The notes under the pieces: model-generated
Told to the model about the DNA's origin: nothing
What the model saw: the letters and a program-made list of their open reading frames with translations, nothing else
The model's database searches: none
Position numbers and translations under genes: made by a program
Assembly: GCA_965243415.1 (NCBI GenBank)
Contig: OZ251549.1
Location: 626,239 to 690,238 of the forward strand
Direction: 5' to 3'
Length of the DNA: 64,000 nucleotides
Origin: Candidatus Marinacidobacterium sp.
Lineage (GTDB): Bacteria > Acidobacteriota > Vicinamibacteria > Marinacidobacterales > Marinacidobacteraceae
In this document: positions 36,593 to 45,550 of the stretch, piece by piece
Layout: each line of letters begins with the position of its first letter
How positions within the stretch are numbered: position 1 is the stretch's first letter

Positions 36593-37587
36593 ACAATGTC
36601 GGACTGATCGCCGTCGCGGCGCTGGTGGTGCTCGCGATCGTCGTCATCGCCAAGACGGCGACCATCGTCCCCCAGCAGTCCGGCTATGTGGTCGAACGGC
36701 TGGGGCGATTCAGCCGCACCCTGCAGGCCGGCTTCCACATCCTGATCCCCTTCCTGGAGCGGATCGCCTACAAGCACTCGCTCAAGGAGCAGGCGATCGA
36801 CATCTCCGAGCAACTGTGCATCACCCGGGACAATGTCCAGGTCGGGGTGGACGGGGTGCTCTACCTGCAGGTGCTCGACCCCCGGCAGGCGTCCTACGGC
36901 ATCACGAACTATGTGTTCGCCATCTCGCAATTGGCGCAGACGACGCTCCGCAGCGAGGTCGGGAAGATAGACCTCGACCGCACCTTCGAGGAGCGCTCCA
37001 CGATCAACACCCTGGTGGTGAACGAACTGGACAAGGCGTCGGCGCCCTGGGGCGTCAAGGTGCTCCGCTACGAGATCCGCAACATCAACCCGCCGCGCGA
37101 TGTGCTGGCCGCGATGGAGAAGCAGATGCGCGCCGAGCGGGAGAAGCGCGCCGTCATCCTGACCTCCGAGGGCGAACGCGACGCCAAGATCAACGAGGCC
37201 GAGGGCGAGAAGCAGCGGGTCATCAAGGAGTCCGAGGCGGTCCGCACCCAGCAGATCAACGAGGCCGAAGGCGAGAAGCAGCGGGTCATCCTCCGGTCGG
37301 AAGCGGCGCGGACCCAGCAGATCAACGAGGCCGAGGGCGAGGCGAACGCCATCCTGGCCGTGGCGAAGGCGACCGCCGAGGGTCTGCTGAAGGTGGGGGA
37401 GGCCGCGGTCACGCAGGGCGGGGCGGACGCCATCCGGCTGCGGGTCGCCGAGCAGTACGTGGAGCAGTTCGGCCAACTCGCCAAGGCGGGGAACACCTTC
37501 GTGGTCCCGGCGAACCTGGGCGACCTGGCCTCGATGCTGACGATGGCCACGACCATCGTGAAGGGGGGCGAAGCCGGGCGCGCCTGA
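36589..37587 (+). CDS. SPFH/band-7 (stomatin/paraslipin-like) protein
   Basis: N-terminal TM; the SPFH core begins IVPQQSGYVVERLGRF; a coiled EAEGEKQ repeat region follows. Classic nfeD-SPFH operon. Confidence 0.9.
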   Translation: MNNVGLIAVAALVVLAIVVIAKTATIVPQQSGYVVERLGRFSRTLQAGFHILIPFLERIAYKHSLKEQAIDISEQLCITRDNVQVGVDGVLYLQVLDPRQASYGITNYVFAISQLAQTTLRSEVGKIDLDRTFEERSTINTLVVNELDKASAPWGVKVLRYEIRNINPPRDVLAAMEKQMRAEREKRAVILTSEGERDAKINEAEGEKQRVIKESEAVRTQQINEAEGEKQRVILRSEAARTQQINEAEGEANAILAVAKATAEGLLKVGEAAVTQGGADAIRLRVAEQYVEQFGQLAKAGNTFVVPANLGDLASMLTMATTIVKGGEAGRA

Positions 37588-37596
37588 CGATCCCGG

Positions 37597-38040
37597 CCCG
37601 ACCGGGGCGACGCCGCAGCGCCGGGCCGGCAGGCCGGGCGGGCCGGCGGGGAGCCGGATCTCGCCGACCGAGAACGCCGGCGGGGCGAGCCGGCTCCGGC
37701 CGGCGCCGCCGGCGGGGACCCGATCTCCGCCGGCAGGGCGGCCTCGGGGCGCCCGACGCGCGAACGGCAGCCGTGTCCGGGCCCGACCAGAGCCCGGCAG
37801 TGGCGCGGGGCGCGGGGCGACGCCGAAGAGCGGGGCCCGGCACAGCGGGCGGGCCGGGGCCGGAGAGGCCGGATCTCGCCGACCGCGACCGCCGGCGGAG
37901 TGACCCGGCTCCGGCGGGCGCCGCCGGCCGGGGCCCGATCTCCGCTGACGGCGCGACCCCGGGGATGCCCGATCAGCGCCCGGCAGCCGCGTCCGGGCCC
38001 GACCGGCCCGGCCTCGCAGTGGCGCGGGGAGGCGGGAAAG
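37597..38040. repeat. ~215-bp G+C-rich tandem repeat, about 2.1 copies, intergenic upstream of qhpA
   Basis: GCCGGATCTCGCCGACCG..CCGGCTCCGGC..CCCGATCTCCGC..GTCCGGGCCCGACC..CAGTGGCGCGGGG recurs with landmarks at 37653 and 37868 (period 215). Confidence 0.7.
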
Positions 38041-38062
38041 GCGTACCATCGCCGGTCTGCAC

Positions 38063-39790
38063 ATGCGTGTCGCCCCGATGGCCGCTGCGGCGGCGCTCAC
38101 GGCGGCGGCGGCCGCGTACTCCGCCGGCGCCGCCGCGGCGAACGCCTTCCCGGAGGGCGCCCCCCCGGAGGACGGCCTCCCGGTCACCAGCGACCTGGTG
38201 CGGGCCGCCTGCGGGTCCTGCCACGAGACCGACGAGGCCGGGCGGATGTCGCGGATCTCCTGGCAGCGGAAATCCGCCGAGGGGTGGCAGATCACCGTCA
38301 TCCGCATGATGCGGACGGGCAATGTCTCCCTGGAGCCGGAGGACGCCCGCGAAGTCGTGCGCTACCTCACCGACCACCACGGCCTGGCTCCGGAGGAGGA
38401 GCGCCCCTGGTTCCACCTCGCCGAACAGCGCCCGCAGCAGGAGGAGTTCGGCCCGGACGAGGCGATCCTCTACGACACCTGCTCCCGCTGCCACCTGACC
38501 GCCCGCTTCCGGACCCAGCGGCGGACCGCCGAAGAGTGGGACCTGCTCAAGGGCATGCATGTCGGCTACTTCCCGGTCATCGAGAGCCAGACCTTCCGGG
38601 ATGGCTCCCGCTGGGACGACCGGGGCGAGGGCGGCCAGCCCGAAGACCCGGACGCCGAAGCCGACGACCGCTGGGCGGTGGACCGCGCCCTCGACCGGAT
38701 CAAGGAGAAGTACCCCTTCGACACGCCCGAGTGGCGCCGCTACCGGACGAAGGGCCCCGGGCCGGGCATCGCCGGGAGGTGGCTCTTCTCCGGGCATCGG
38801 CCGGGCGCCGGGCCGGTCGGCGGCGTCGTCGAGTTCTCGCCGGGCGAGAGCGGCCGGGAGGGCGATTACGCCTACCTCGCCCGGCTGGCCCACGGCGACG
38901 GAACCGCCGAGGAACGCACCGGCCGGGGCGCGCTCTACGGCGGCTACTCCTTCCGCGGCCGGTCGGAGGGCCCGACCCTCGACGAACGGCGGGAGGCGAT
39001 GCTCCTCTCGGCGGACGGCCGCACCCTCTCCGGGCGGATGTTCCGGGGCCGGTTCGGCGAGGACGGGCTCGATGTCACCCTGACCCGTCTCGACGGGGGT
39101 CCGGCCGCCGCCGCCGTGTGGCCGCCGGCGGCGCGGCAGGGCGCCGGCTCGGTGCGGGTGCGGATGCTCGGGGCCGGCTTCGGCGCGGACACGCCGGCGT
39201 CGCTGGACTTCGGTCCCGGCGTGAGCGTCGTCTCGGCTTCGCTGGCCTCGGGCAACCGGATCGACCTCGACCTGGCGGTGGCCGCGGACGCGGCGCCGGG
39301 GTACCGGGATGTGGCCCTCGGCGGAACCCGGCTGGTGGACGCGTTCGCGGTGTACGACCGGGTGGACTACCTGCGGGTGAGCCCGGAGACCGCCCTGGCG
39401 CGGGTCGGCGGCATCGCCGTTCCCAAGCAGCCGGTGCAGTTCGAGGCCACCGGCTGGAACCGGGGCCCCGACGGCGAGCGGTTCACCGACGACGACCTCG
39501 CACTCGGCACCCTGCCGGTCGCCTGGAGCACCGAGGAGTACTACATCCGCGACGAAGACGCCGACACCCGGTTCGTCGGGAACATCAGTGATTCCGGGTT
39601 CTTCACCCCCGCCCTGGACGGCCCGAACCCGGAGCGGGAGTTGAACGCCGACAACATGGGTGATGTCTGGGTGGTCGCCGAGCACCGGGACGATTCCAGC
39701 GGCGAGACCCTCCGGGGGCGGGCGCGGCTGGTCGTCGCCCCGCCGCTCTTCATCTACTGGGATCTCTTCCCGCAGCGGAGCGCGCAGTGA
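38063..39790 (+). CDS. qhpA: quinohemoprotein amine dehydrogenase alpha subunit (di-heme)
   Basis: Two CxxCH heme motifs (CGSCH, CSRCH); RISWQRKSAEGW..IRMM motif. Followed by qhpD, qhpC and qhpB. Confidence 0.85.
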   Translation: MRVAPMAAAAALTAAAAAYSAGAAAANAFPEGAPPEDGLPVTSDLVRAACGSCHETDEAGRMSRISWQRKSAEGWQITVIRMMRTGNVSLEPEDAREVVRYLTDHHGLAPEEERPWFHLAEQRPQQEEFGPDEAILYDTCSRCHLTARFRTQRRTAEEWDLLKGMHVGYFPVIESQTFRDGSRWDDRGEGGQPEDPDAEADDRWAVDRALDRIKEKYPFDTPEWRRYRTKGPGPGIAGRWLFSGHRPGAGPVGGVVEFSPGESGREGDYAYLARLAHGDGTAEERTGRGALYGGYSFRGRSEGPTLDERREAMLLSADGRTLSGRMFRGRFGEDGLDVTLTRLDGGPAAAAVWPPAARQGAGSVRVRMLGAGFGADTPASLDFGPGVSVVSASLASGNRIDLDLAVAADAAPGYRDVALGGTRLVDAFAVYDRVDYLRVSPETALARVGGIAVPKQPVQFEATGWNRGPDGERFTDDDLALGTLPVAWSTEEYYIRDEDADTRFVGNISDSGFFTPALDGPNPERELNADNMGDVWVVAEHRDDSSGETLRGRARLVVAPPLFIYWDLFPQRSAQ

Positions 39791-41244
39791 ACCTCGGCCA
39801 GAGTCCGGCCTCCCCCGCCGGCCCGACCCGGGTGGCGGCGAGCGAGATGCACCGCTTCACCGGCGGCAGCCGTAGATTCGCCTACCTGGTCCCGTCCTCG
39901 ATGATCTTCGAGTTGGACGAGGTGTCCGACCGCTTGCTCCGCCGCCTCGACTCCGGACCGCTCCCGCCGGAGGAAGTCGCCGGGAGCCCGGAAGAGGCGG
40001 AAGCGCTGCGGGAACTCGCCGGGATCGGCGCGGTGGCCCGGGAAGGCGCCCCCCTGATCCCCATCGGCGGCCTGGCGGAAGTGGAATCGCCGCCGCCGAT
40101 CCGCACCGTCGTCCTGAACATCACGAATTCCTGCAACCTCGCCTGCCGCTACTGCTACGAGTACGGCGACGACCGCATCGCCGAAGCGGAAGTGCCGGCG
40201 GCGATGACCGAGGAGACTGCCCGGCAGTCGGTGGATCGCCTGATCACCGACTCCGGGCAGGCGAAGGACCTGCAGGTGACCTTCTTCGGCGGCGAGACGC
40301 TGCTGAACTGGAAGGTCATCCGTCCCACCGTCGAGTACGCCCGGGAAGAGGCGAAGCGGGTCGGCAAACGGGTGGATTTCAGCCTGACCACGAACGCCAC
40401 GCTGCTCACCCGCGGGATCTCGGAATGGATCGCCGCGAACGACATCGGGGTGACGATCAGCGTGGACGGCCCCAAGGAATTCCAGGACTCCATGCGGGTG
40501 TACAAGAGCGGGCTCGGCAGTTACGAGGTCATCGCGCCGCGGATCGCCGACTTCCTGAAACTGCAGCGGCGTCCGGTGGGCGCCCGGGTCACCGTCACCT
40601 CGAAGACGCTCGACATCCCCCGGATCTTCGACCACCTGATCGGGCTCGGCTTCTACGAGGTCGGGTTCGCCCCGGTCACTTCCTCCCCGAACCAGGACTA
40701 CGCGCTCGACGAAGGCGGTTTCGACGCGCTGCTCGACCAGTTCCGCGATCTCGCCGACGGGTATGTCGAAGCGGCGCAGGAAGGCCGATACCTGGGCTTC
40801 TCCAACCTGAGCGACCTGCTCGGCGAGATCCACCAGGGCGTCAGCAAGGCGTATCCCTGCGGCGCCGGCCTCGGCCTCGTCGGCGTGGCGCCGGGCGGCG
40901 AAGTCGGCCTCTGCCACCGTTTCGCCGGCTCCGGCGACCACGACCTCGGCCATGTGGCCACCGGCATAGACGAGGCGAAGCGGGTCGAACACCTGGAGAA
41001 GGCCCACATAGACGCCCGCACCGACTGCAGCCGGTGCTGGGTGCGCAGCCTCTGCTCCGGCGGCTGCTACCACGAGGCGCAGGTGCGCTACGGCGACCGG
41101 TTCCGCCCGAATCTCCACTACTGCGACTGGATCCGCGACTGGACCGCCCTCGGCCTTTCCGTGTACGGCAGACTGCTGGAGCACAGTCCCGACTTCCTGA
41201 ACCGCTTCGAAGGCGCCCCCCGCGCCGAAAGCCCCACCCCGTAG
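39787..41244 (+). CDS. qhpD: QHNDH maturation radical SAM/SPASM peptide-modifying enzyme
   Basis: CNLACRYC radical-SAM motif; C-terminal SPASM cysteines (CSRCWVRSLCSGGC). The GTG at 39787 overlaps the qhpA stop. An alternative ATG lies at 39847. Confidence 0.85.
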   Translation: MNLGQSPASPAGPTRVAASEMHRFTGGSRRFAYLVPSSMIFELDEVSDRLLRRLDSGPLPPEEVAGSPEEAEALRELAGIGAVAREGAPLIPIGGLAEVESPPPIRTVVLNITNSCNLACRYCYEYGDDRIAEAEVPAAMTEETARQSVDRLITDSGQAKDLQVTFFGGETLLNWKVIRPTVEYAREEAKRVGKRVDFSLTTNATLLTRGISEWIAANDIGVTISVDGPKEFQDSMRVYKSGLGSYEVIAPRIADFLKLQRRPVGARVTVTSKTLDIPRIFDHLIGLGFYEVGFAPVTSSPNQDYALDEGGFDALLDQFRDLADGYVEAAQEGRYLGFSNLSDLLGEIHQGVSKAYPCGAGLGLVGVAPGGEVGLCHRFAGSGDHDLGHVATGIDEAKRVEHLEKAHIDARTDCSRCWVRSLCSGGCYHEAQVRYGDRFRPNLHYCDWIRDWTALGLSVYGRLLEHSPDFLNRFEGAPRAESPTP

Positions 41245-41253
41245 GAGGGCCCC

Positions 41254-41580
41254 ATGAAGCACCTGACCCCGAAGAACCTGAAGGCGCGCTTCGCGACGGA
41301 GTGGCTGGAGGGGGGCGGCTCCGCCCGGGCGACCGCGGAGGACACCGGCCCGCACTACCCCTCGCAGTGCACCACGATCTTCTCCCCCGGCTGGGAGGTG
41401 GACTCGACCGGCGGCACCGCGGCGCTCTGCCAGCCGATGGAGCGGGACCTGTACGACTGCTACAAGACCTGCTACTGGCCGGCGCAGGTGCCCGACTACA
41501 TCAGCAACAACCCCGACTGGCACAAGAACTGTGCGGCGGCGACCCAGGACTGGCGGGAGATCGATCTCATCTTCCCATGA
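41254..41580 (+). CDS. qhpC: quinohemoprotein amine dehydrogenase gamma subunit (CTQ and thioether crosslinked peptide)
   Basis: 108 aa, Cys-rich and Asp/Glu-rich: GPHYPSQCTTIFSPGWEVDS..CQP..CYKTCYWPAQVPD. Position between qhpD and qhpB. Confidence 0.85.
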   Translation: MKHLTPKNLKARFATEWLEGGGSARATAEDTGPHYPSQCTTIFSPGWEVDSTGGTAALCQPMERDLYDCYKTCYWPAQVPDYISNNPDWHKNCAAATQDWREIDLIFP

Positions 41581-42722
41581 GATCTTCCTCACACCCGCGC
41601 CCCGCCCGTCGGCTCCCCCGTCGGCTGGTCGGGTCCGCTCGCCGGGGGGCGGCGGCGTTCGCCGGCGGTCTCCTGCTCTTCCTGCTCTTCGGGGCGGGAG
41701 CGGCGGCGGCGAACGAGCCGAACAAGTTGCTGGCCGGGATCTGGCCGGACGAACTGCTGACCTTCGACCAGGAGACCCTGGAGTTCCGGAAGATCGGCAA
41801 CCTCCGCCACGGCGCCGCCACGAACAGCCGTCGCACCGCCGACGGGCGGTTCTTCGCGTTCGTGACGAACCGGATGGAAACCGTCGAGATCTTCGACGCC
41901 GCCGAGATGGCGGTAGTGGACGAGATCACGCTGAGCGAAGGCGCCCGTCGCGTCCGCTTCCTGAGCGCCACGCCGGGGCCGGGAGCGAAGCGCCTGTTCC
42001 TGGTTCCGGTGGTCGTGGATATGGAGGTGGACCGGTTCCTCCACCGCAGCGAATCCGAGATCCTGGTGTTCGACCGGGAGCGCCGCGAGGTGGTCCATTC
42101 CATTCCCGCCGGCGAACTCGACGGTTGGCGGCCCAACCTCCACTTCGACGCCGACGGCAGCCGGGTGTATGCGGTCGGTGACGCGATCATCGAGTTGGAC
42201 GGGGAGACTTTCGAAGAACTCGACCGCGTCCCGCTCGATGCGCCGCTCGCTCCCGGCTACGGCGGCGTGCGCGGCCACTCGTTGAACGAAGTCGAACCCG
42301 GGCGGCTGTTCGGGATCTACCGCACCGTCGAACCGATGCAGGGGAATTCGCTGTTCGGCGTCCTGGAAATCCATCTCCCGGAAAAGACCTTCACCCAGTA
42401 CGAAGTGGGGCCGGCGATGCGCCTGGCCCGGTTCGCCGTTTCGCCGGACGGGTCGCGTGGATTCGTCGGCCTCAGCGACGCCGCGGTGATCGACATGGAG
42501 ACCCGGGAAGTGATCCTGCGGAAGAAGGGATTCGAGCGGGGGCGCGCCAATACCTCGATGATCGTTTCGCACGATGGCCGGCGGCTGTTCGTTTCCGGCG
42601 TCGGGGACAGCGTCTGGGTGTTCGACGCGGAAACCCTGGAGCGCGAGACCGAAGTCTTCGCCGGCGGCGACTTCATGATCCCGCCGACGGAAATCACCTA
42701 CCGGGCCGACTCCGGCAACTGA
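41577..42722 (+). CDS. qhpB: quinohemoprotein amine dehydrogenase beta subunit (beta-propeller)
   Basis: ATGA overlap with qhpC; signal peptide; propeller-like repeats. Position in the cluster supports the call. Confidence 0.75.
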   Translation: MRSSSHPRPARRLPRRLVGSARRGAAAFAGGLLLFLLFGAGAAAANEPNKLLAGIWPDELLTFDQETLEFRKIGNLRHGAATNSRRTADGRFFAFVTNRMETVEIFDAAEMAVVDEITLSEGARRVRFLSATPGPGAKRLFLVPVVVDMEVDRFLHRSESEILVFDRERREVVHSIPAGELDGWRPNLHFDADGSRVYAVGDAIIELDGETFEELDRVPLDAPLAPGYGGVRGHSLNEVEPGRLFGIYRTVEPMQGNSLFGVLEIHLPEKTFTQYEVGPAMRLARFAVSPDGSRGFVGLSDAAVIDMETREVILRKKGFERGRANTSMIVSHDGRRLFVSGVGDSVWVFDAETLERETEVFAGGDFMIPPTEITYRADSGN

Positions 42723-42814
42723 CCGGGAACCCCCGCCCCCCGGCGGGACCGTCGCCGGCGCGCCGGGCGCCCCGGGAACCGGCCCCGGCCGGGGGCGCGA
42801 GGACGCCGGACCCG

Positions 42815-44497
42815 GTGTACCGCCGGGCCTTCCGGTTGGCGCTGCCGTACTGGCGGCGGCTCACCGGCACGCTGATCCTGTCGCTCCTGGCGGCGGTCCC
42901 GGGTATGGCCTGGCCGCTGCTGCTGCGGCCATTGGTGGACGACGCGCTGCTCGGCGGCGACTTCGCCCTGCTGGCCCTGCTGTCGGCGCTCATGGCGGTC
43001 ATGCAGATCGGCGGTTTCGTCCTGACTTCGGTGGTCGGCTACCGCTATGTGCGGATCTCGGCGGAAGCGCTGTTCGACCTGCGCCTCTCCGTGTTCCGGC
43101 ACCTGCAGCGTCTCTCGCCGCGTTTCTTCGCCGGCGCCCGCACCGGCGACCTGCTGTCGCGGCTGAACGGCGATGTCTCCGAACTGCAGCGGACCGCGGG
43201 AGACCTGCCCCTGGGGCTGCTGACGAACCTGACGGGGCTGGTCGTGGCGTTGGCCGCGCTGGTCTGGCTGGCGCCGCAGATGCTGCTGCCGCCGCTCCTG
43301 GTGCTGCCGTTCGCCGCGTTCGCGCTGTCCCGCTGGCGCGAGCGGGTGACGCAGCAGAACCGGGAACTGCGCGAAGCCTCGGCGTCGGTCGGCAGCGCCC
43401 TGCTGGAGTCGGTGCTGGGAATGCGGCAGACGGTGGCCTTCCGCCAGGAGGACCGGGAGGCCGGCCGCTTCCGGGCGGAGAACGACCGTTTCATCCGCGT
43501 GCTGCTGCGCTCGCGGATCACCACCTATACCGCGTCGGGGATTCCCTCCGGGCTCGTTTCGCTCGCCGGCGCGGCGGCATTCCTCTACGGCGGCGCGCTG
43601 CTCATCGCCGGCGAGTTGACGCTGGGAACGCTCGGCGCCGCGATGATGTACCAGACGCGCCTCTTCGGCCCGGTGCAGGGAGTTCTCGGGCAGTACCTGG
43701 GACTGCGCGCCGCCCGGGCCTCGTTCGAGCGGGTGTTCGAGTTGCTCGACGAACCGCCCGGGGTGGAGGAACCGGAACGGCCGGCGCGCTTCGCCGACCC
43801 GCCGGGACCGCTCGTCGTCGAGGCGGTGTCCTATTCCTACGGGCGCGGCGACGCGCCGGTGTTCGACCGCGCCGACCTGACGCTGCCGGAGGGGTCGCTG
43901 ACCGTTCTCGTGGGCCCGACCGGCGTCGGCAAGACCACGCTCACCGACCTGCTGCTCCGCCGCGCCGACCCCGACGCCGGGCGGATCCGCTGGGGCGGCG
44001 GCGATCTCCGCGCGTTCCGGCTGGCCGACCTGCGCTCCCGGATCGCGGTCGCCGAACAGGATCCGTTCCTCTGGAACGCCACCATCGCCGACAACCTCCG
44101 CTACGGCCGTCCGGACGCCTCCGACTCCGAGGTCGCGGAGGCGGCGCGCCTGGCAGTCCTCGACGAGTTCACCGACTCGCTGCCCGACGGCCTCGACACC
44201 GTGGTCGGCGAACGCGGTCAGGAACTCTCGGCGGGGCAGCGTCAGCGCCTCGCCCTCGCCCGCGCCGTCCTGGTGGAACCGGCCCTGGTCGTCCTCGACG
44301 AACCGACTTCGGCACTCGACGAAGCCACCGAGGCACTGCTGATCGAGCGGCTGACGCCCTGGCTGCGGAGGCGAACCGCCATGGTCATGACGCACCGCCC
44401 GGCGTTCCTCGCCGCCGCCGACCGGGTATGCCGGATCGAAGGCGGGCGGATCGAGAGTGGGCGGATCGAGAACGGCCGACCCCAACTCCATCCATGA
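42815..44497 (+). CDS. qhpF: ABC exporter, fused permease and ATPase (QhpF-like)
   Basis: Six-TM ABC_membrane region; Walker A GPTGVGKTT; signature LSAGQRQR; Walker B VVLDEPTS. Confidence 0.8.
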   Translation: MYRRAFRLALPYWRRLTGTLILSLLAAVPGMAWPLLLRPLVDDALLGGDFALLALLSALMAVMQIGGFVLTSVVGYRYVRISAEALFDLRLSVFRHLQRLSPRFFAGARTGDLLSRLNGDVSELQRTAGDLPLGLLTNLTGLVVALAALVWLAPQMLLPPLLVLPFAAFALSRWRERVTQQNRELREASASVGSALLESVLGMRQTVAFRQEDREAGRFRAENDRFIRVLLRSRITTYTASGIPSGLVSLAGAAAFLYGGALLIAGELTLGTLGAAMMYQTRLFGPVQGVLGQYLGLRAARASFERVFELLDEPPGVEEPERPARFADPPGPLVVEAVSYSYGRGDAPVFDRADLTLPEGSLTVLVGPTGVGKTTLTDLLLRRADPDAGRIRWGGGDLRAFRLADLRSRIAVAEQDPFLWNATIADNLRYGRPDASDSEVAEAARLAVLDEFTDSLPDGLDTVVGERGQELSAGQRQRLALARAVLVEPALVVLDEPTSALDEATEALLIERLTPWLRRRTAMVMTHRPAFLAAADRVCRIEGGRIESGRIENGRPQLHP

Positions 44498-45336
44498 CCG
44501 CCGAACCGCACGCGAACGACCGCGCCCCGGACGACGCGACCGGGGACGCGCCGGACGGCACACCGGACGACGCGACGAACGACGCGCCGGACGAAACGCC
44601 GCTCACGATCGCGGTCCTCGACAGCGGGATCAACCCGGCCCACCCGCAGGTCGGCCCGGTGGCGGGCGGCGTCCGCATCGCCCTCGTCGCAGGCGAAGTC
44701 CGCTACGCCGACGACTGGCGCGACGGCCTCGGCCACGGAACCGCAGTCGCCGCCACGATCTCCGAGGACCTCCCGGAGGACGGCTGGCGACTCCTCTCGG
44801 TCCGCGTCTTCGGCCGCCGCCTCGAGGCCCCGCCCGCCGGTCTCGCCGCCGGAATCCGCTGGGCCGCGAAGCACGGCGCCCGCCTGGTGAACCTGAGCGC
44901 CGGAATCCCCGCCGGAACCGACCCGGCCGGCGAAGCCCTCCTCGCCGAAGCCTGCGCCGAAGCCGCCCGCTCCGGAATCACGATCATCGCCCCCCGCCGC
45001 TCCGGCGACACCCTCCTCGTCCCCGGCGCCCTCCCCAACGCGTTCCCTGACCCATTCCCCGACGCCCTGCACCTGATCCCCGTCGAAGCCGACCCCGCCA
45101 TCCCCCGCCGCGAACTCGTCCGCCGCGGCCCGGCCCTCGTCACCTCCCCCTGGGCCCGCCCCCTGCCCCCCCTCCCGAAGGAAAAGAACTTCTCCGGCGT
45201 CTCCCTCGCCGTCGCCACAGTGACCAACACTGTGGCGTCGAAAGCCATCGCCGCGCCGAACCTGCCGCTGCTCGATCCGAAGGCCATCGTGAACCTCCTA
45301 CCCCACCAAGCCGGTGGTACCGAGCGCCAGCCATAG
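44494..45336 (+). CDS. qhpE: subtilisin-like S8 serine peptidase (QhpE-like leader peptidase)
   Basis: ATGA overlap with the ABC gene. AVLDSGI (Asp), GHGTAVA (His) and FSGVSLAVA (Ser-region) motifs. Confidence 0.7.
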   Translation: MTAEPHANDRAPDDATGDAPDGTPDDATNDAPDETPLTIAVLDSGINPAHPQVGPVAGGVRIALVAGEVRYADDWRDGLGHGTAVAATISEDLPEDGWRLLSVRVFGRRLEAPPAGLAAGIRWAAKHGARLVNLSAGIPAGTDPAGEALLAEACAEAARSGITIIAPRRSGDTLLVPGALPNAFPDPFPDALHLIPVEADPAIPRRELVRRGPALVTSPWARPLPPLPKEKNFSGVSLAVATVTNTVASKAIAAPNLPLLDPKAIVNLLPHQAGGTERQP

Positions 45337-45550
45337 TCGCCGTGCCACGCCGAAACGAAGGTCCCGAGCAGAACCGACATTCTCGACTCGGCCGAACATC
45401 GCGTACACTGAGGTCCGACCCCCCGGCACCCTTCATAGTCCGCTCTCGCCGTCTCCGGCGTCCGGTCTCTGCCGGGTGGACAGAGCATTTCCCTGCGAGT
45501 TCATTTTTCCGAAGTCACGGCAACTACCGATCAACAAAGAGGTTTTCGCT

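Noticed and set aside
37195-37330. 63-bp tandem repeat (QQINEAEGEKQRVI repeated) inside the SPFH gene
   Set aside because: EAEGE(K/R)Q-type repeats are a normal feature of the coiled C-terminal region of stomatin/paraslipin proteins, so this is not an anomaly.
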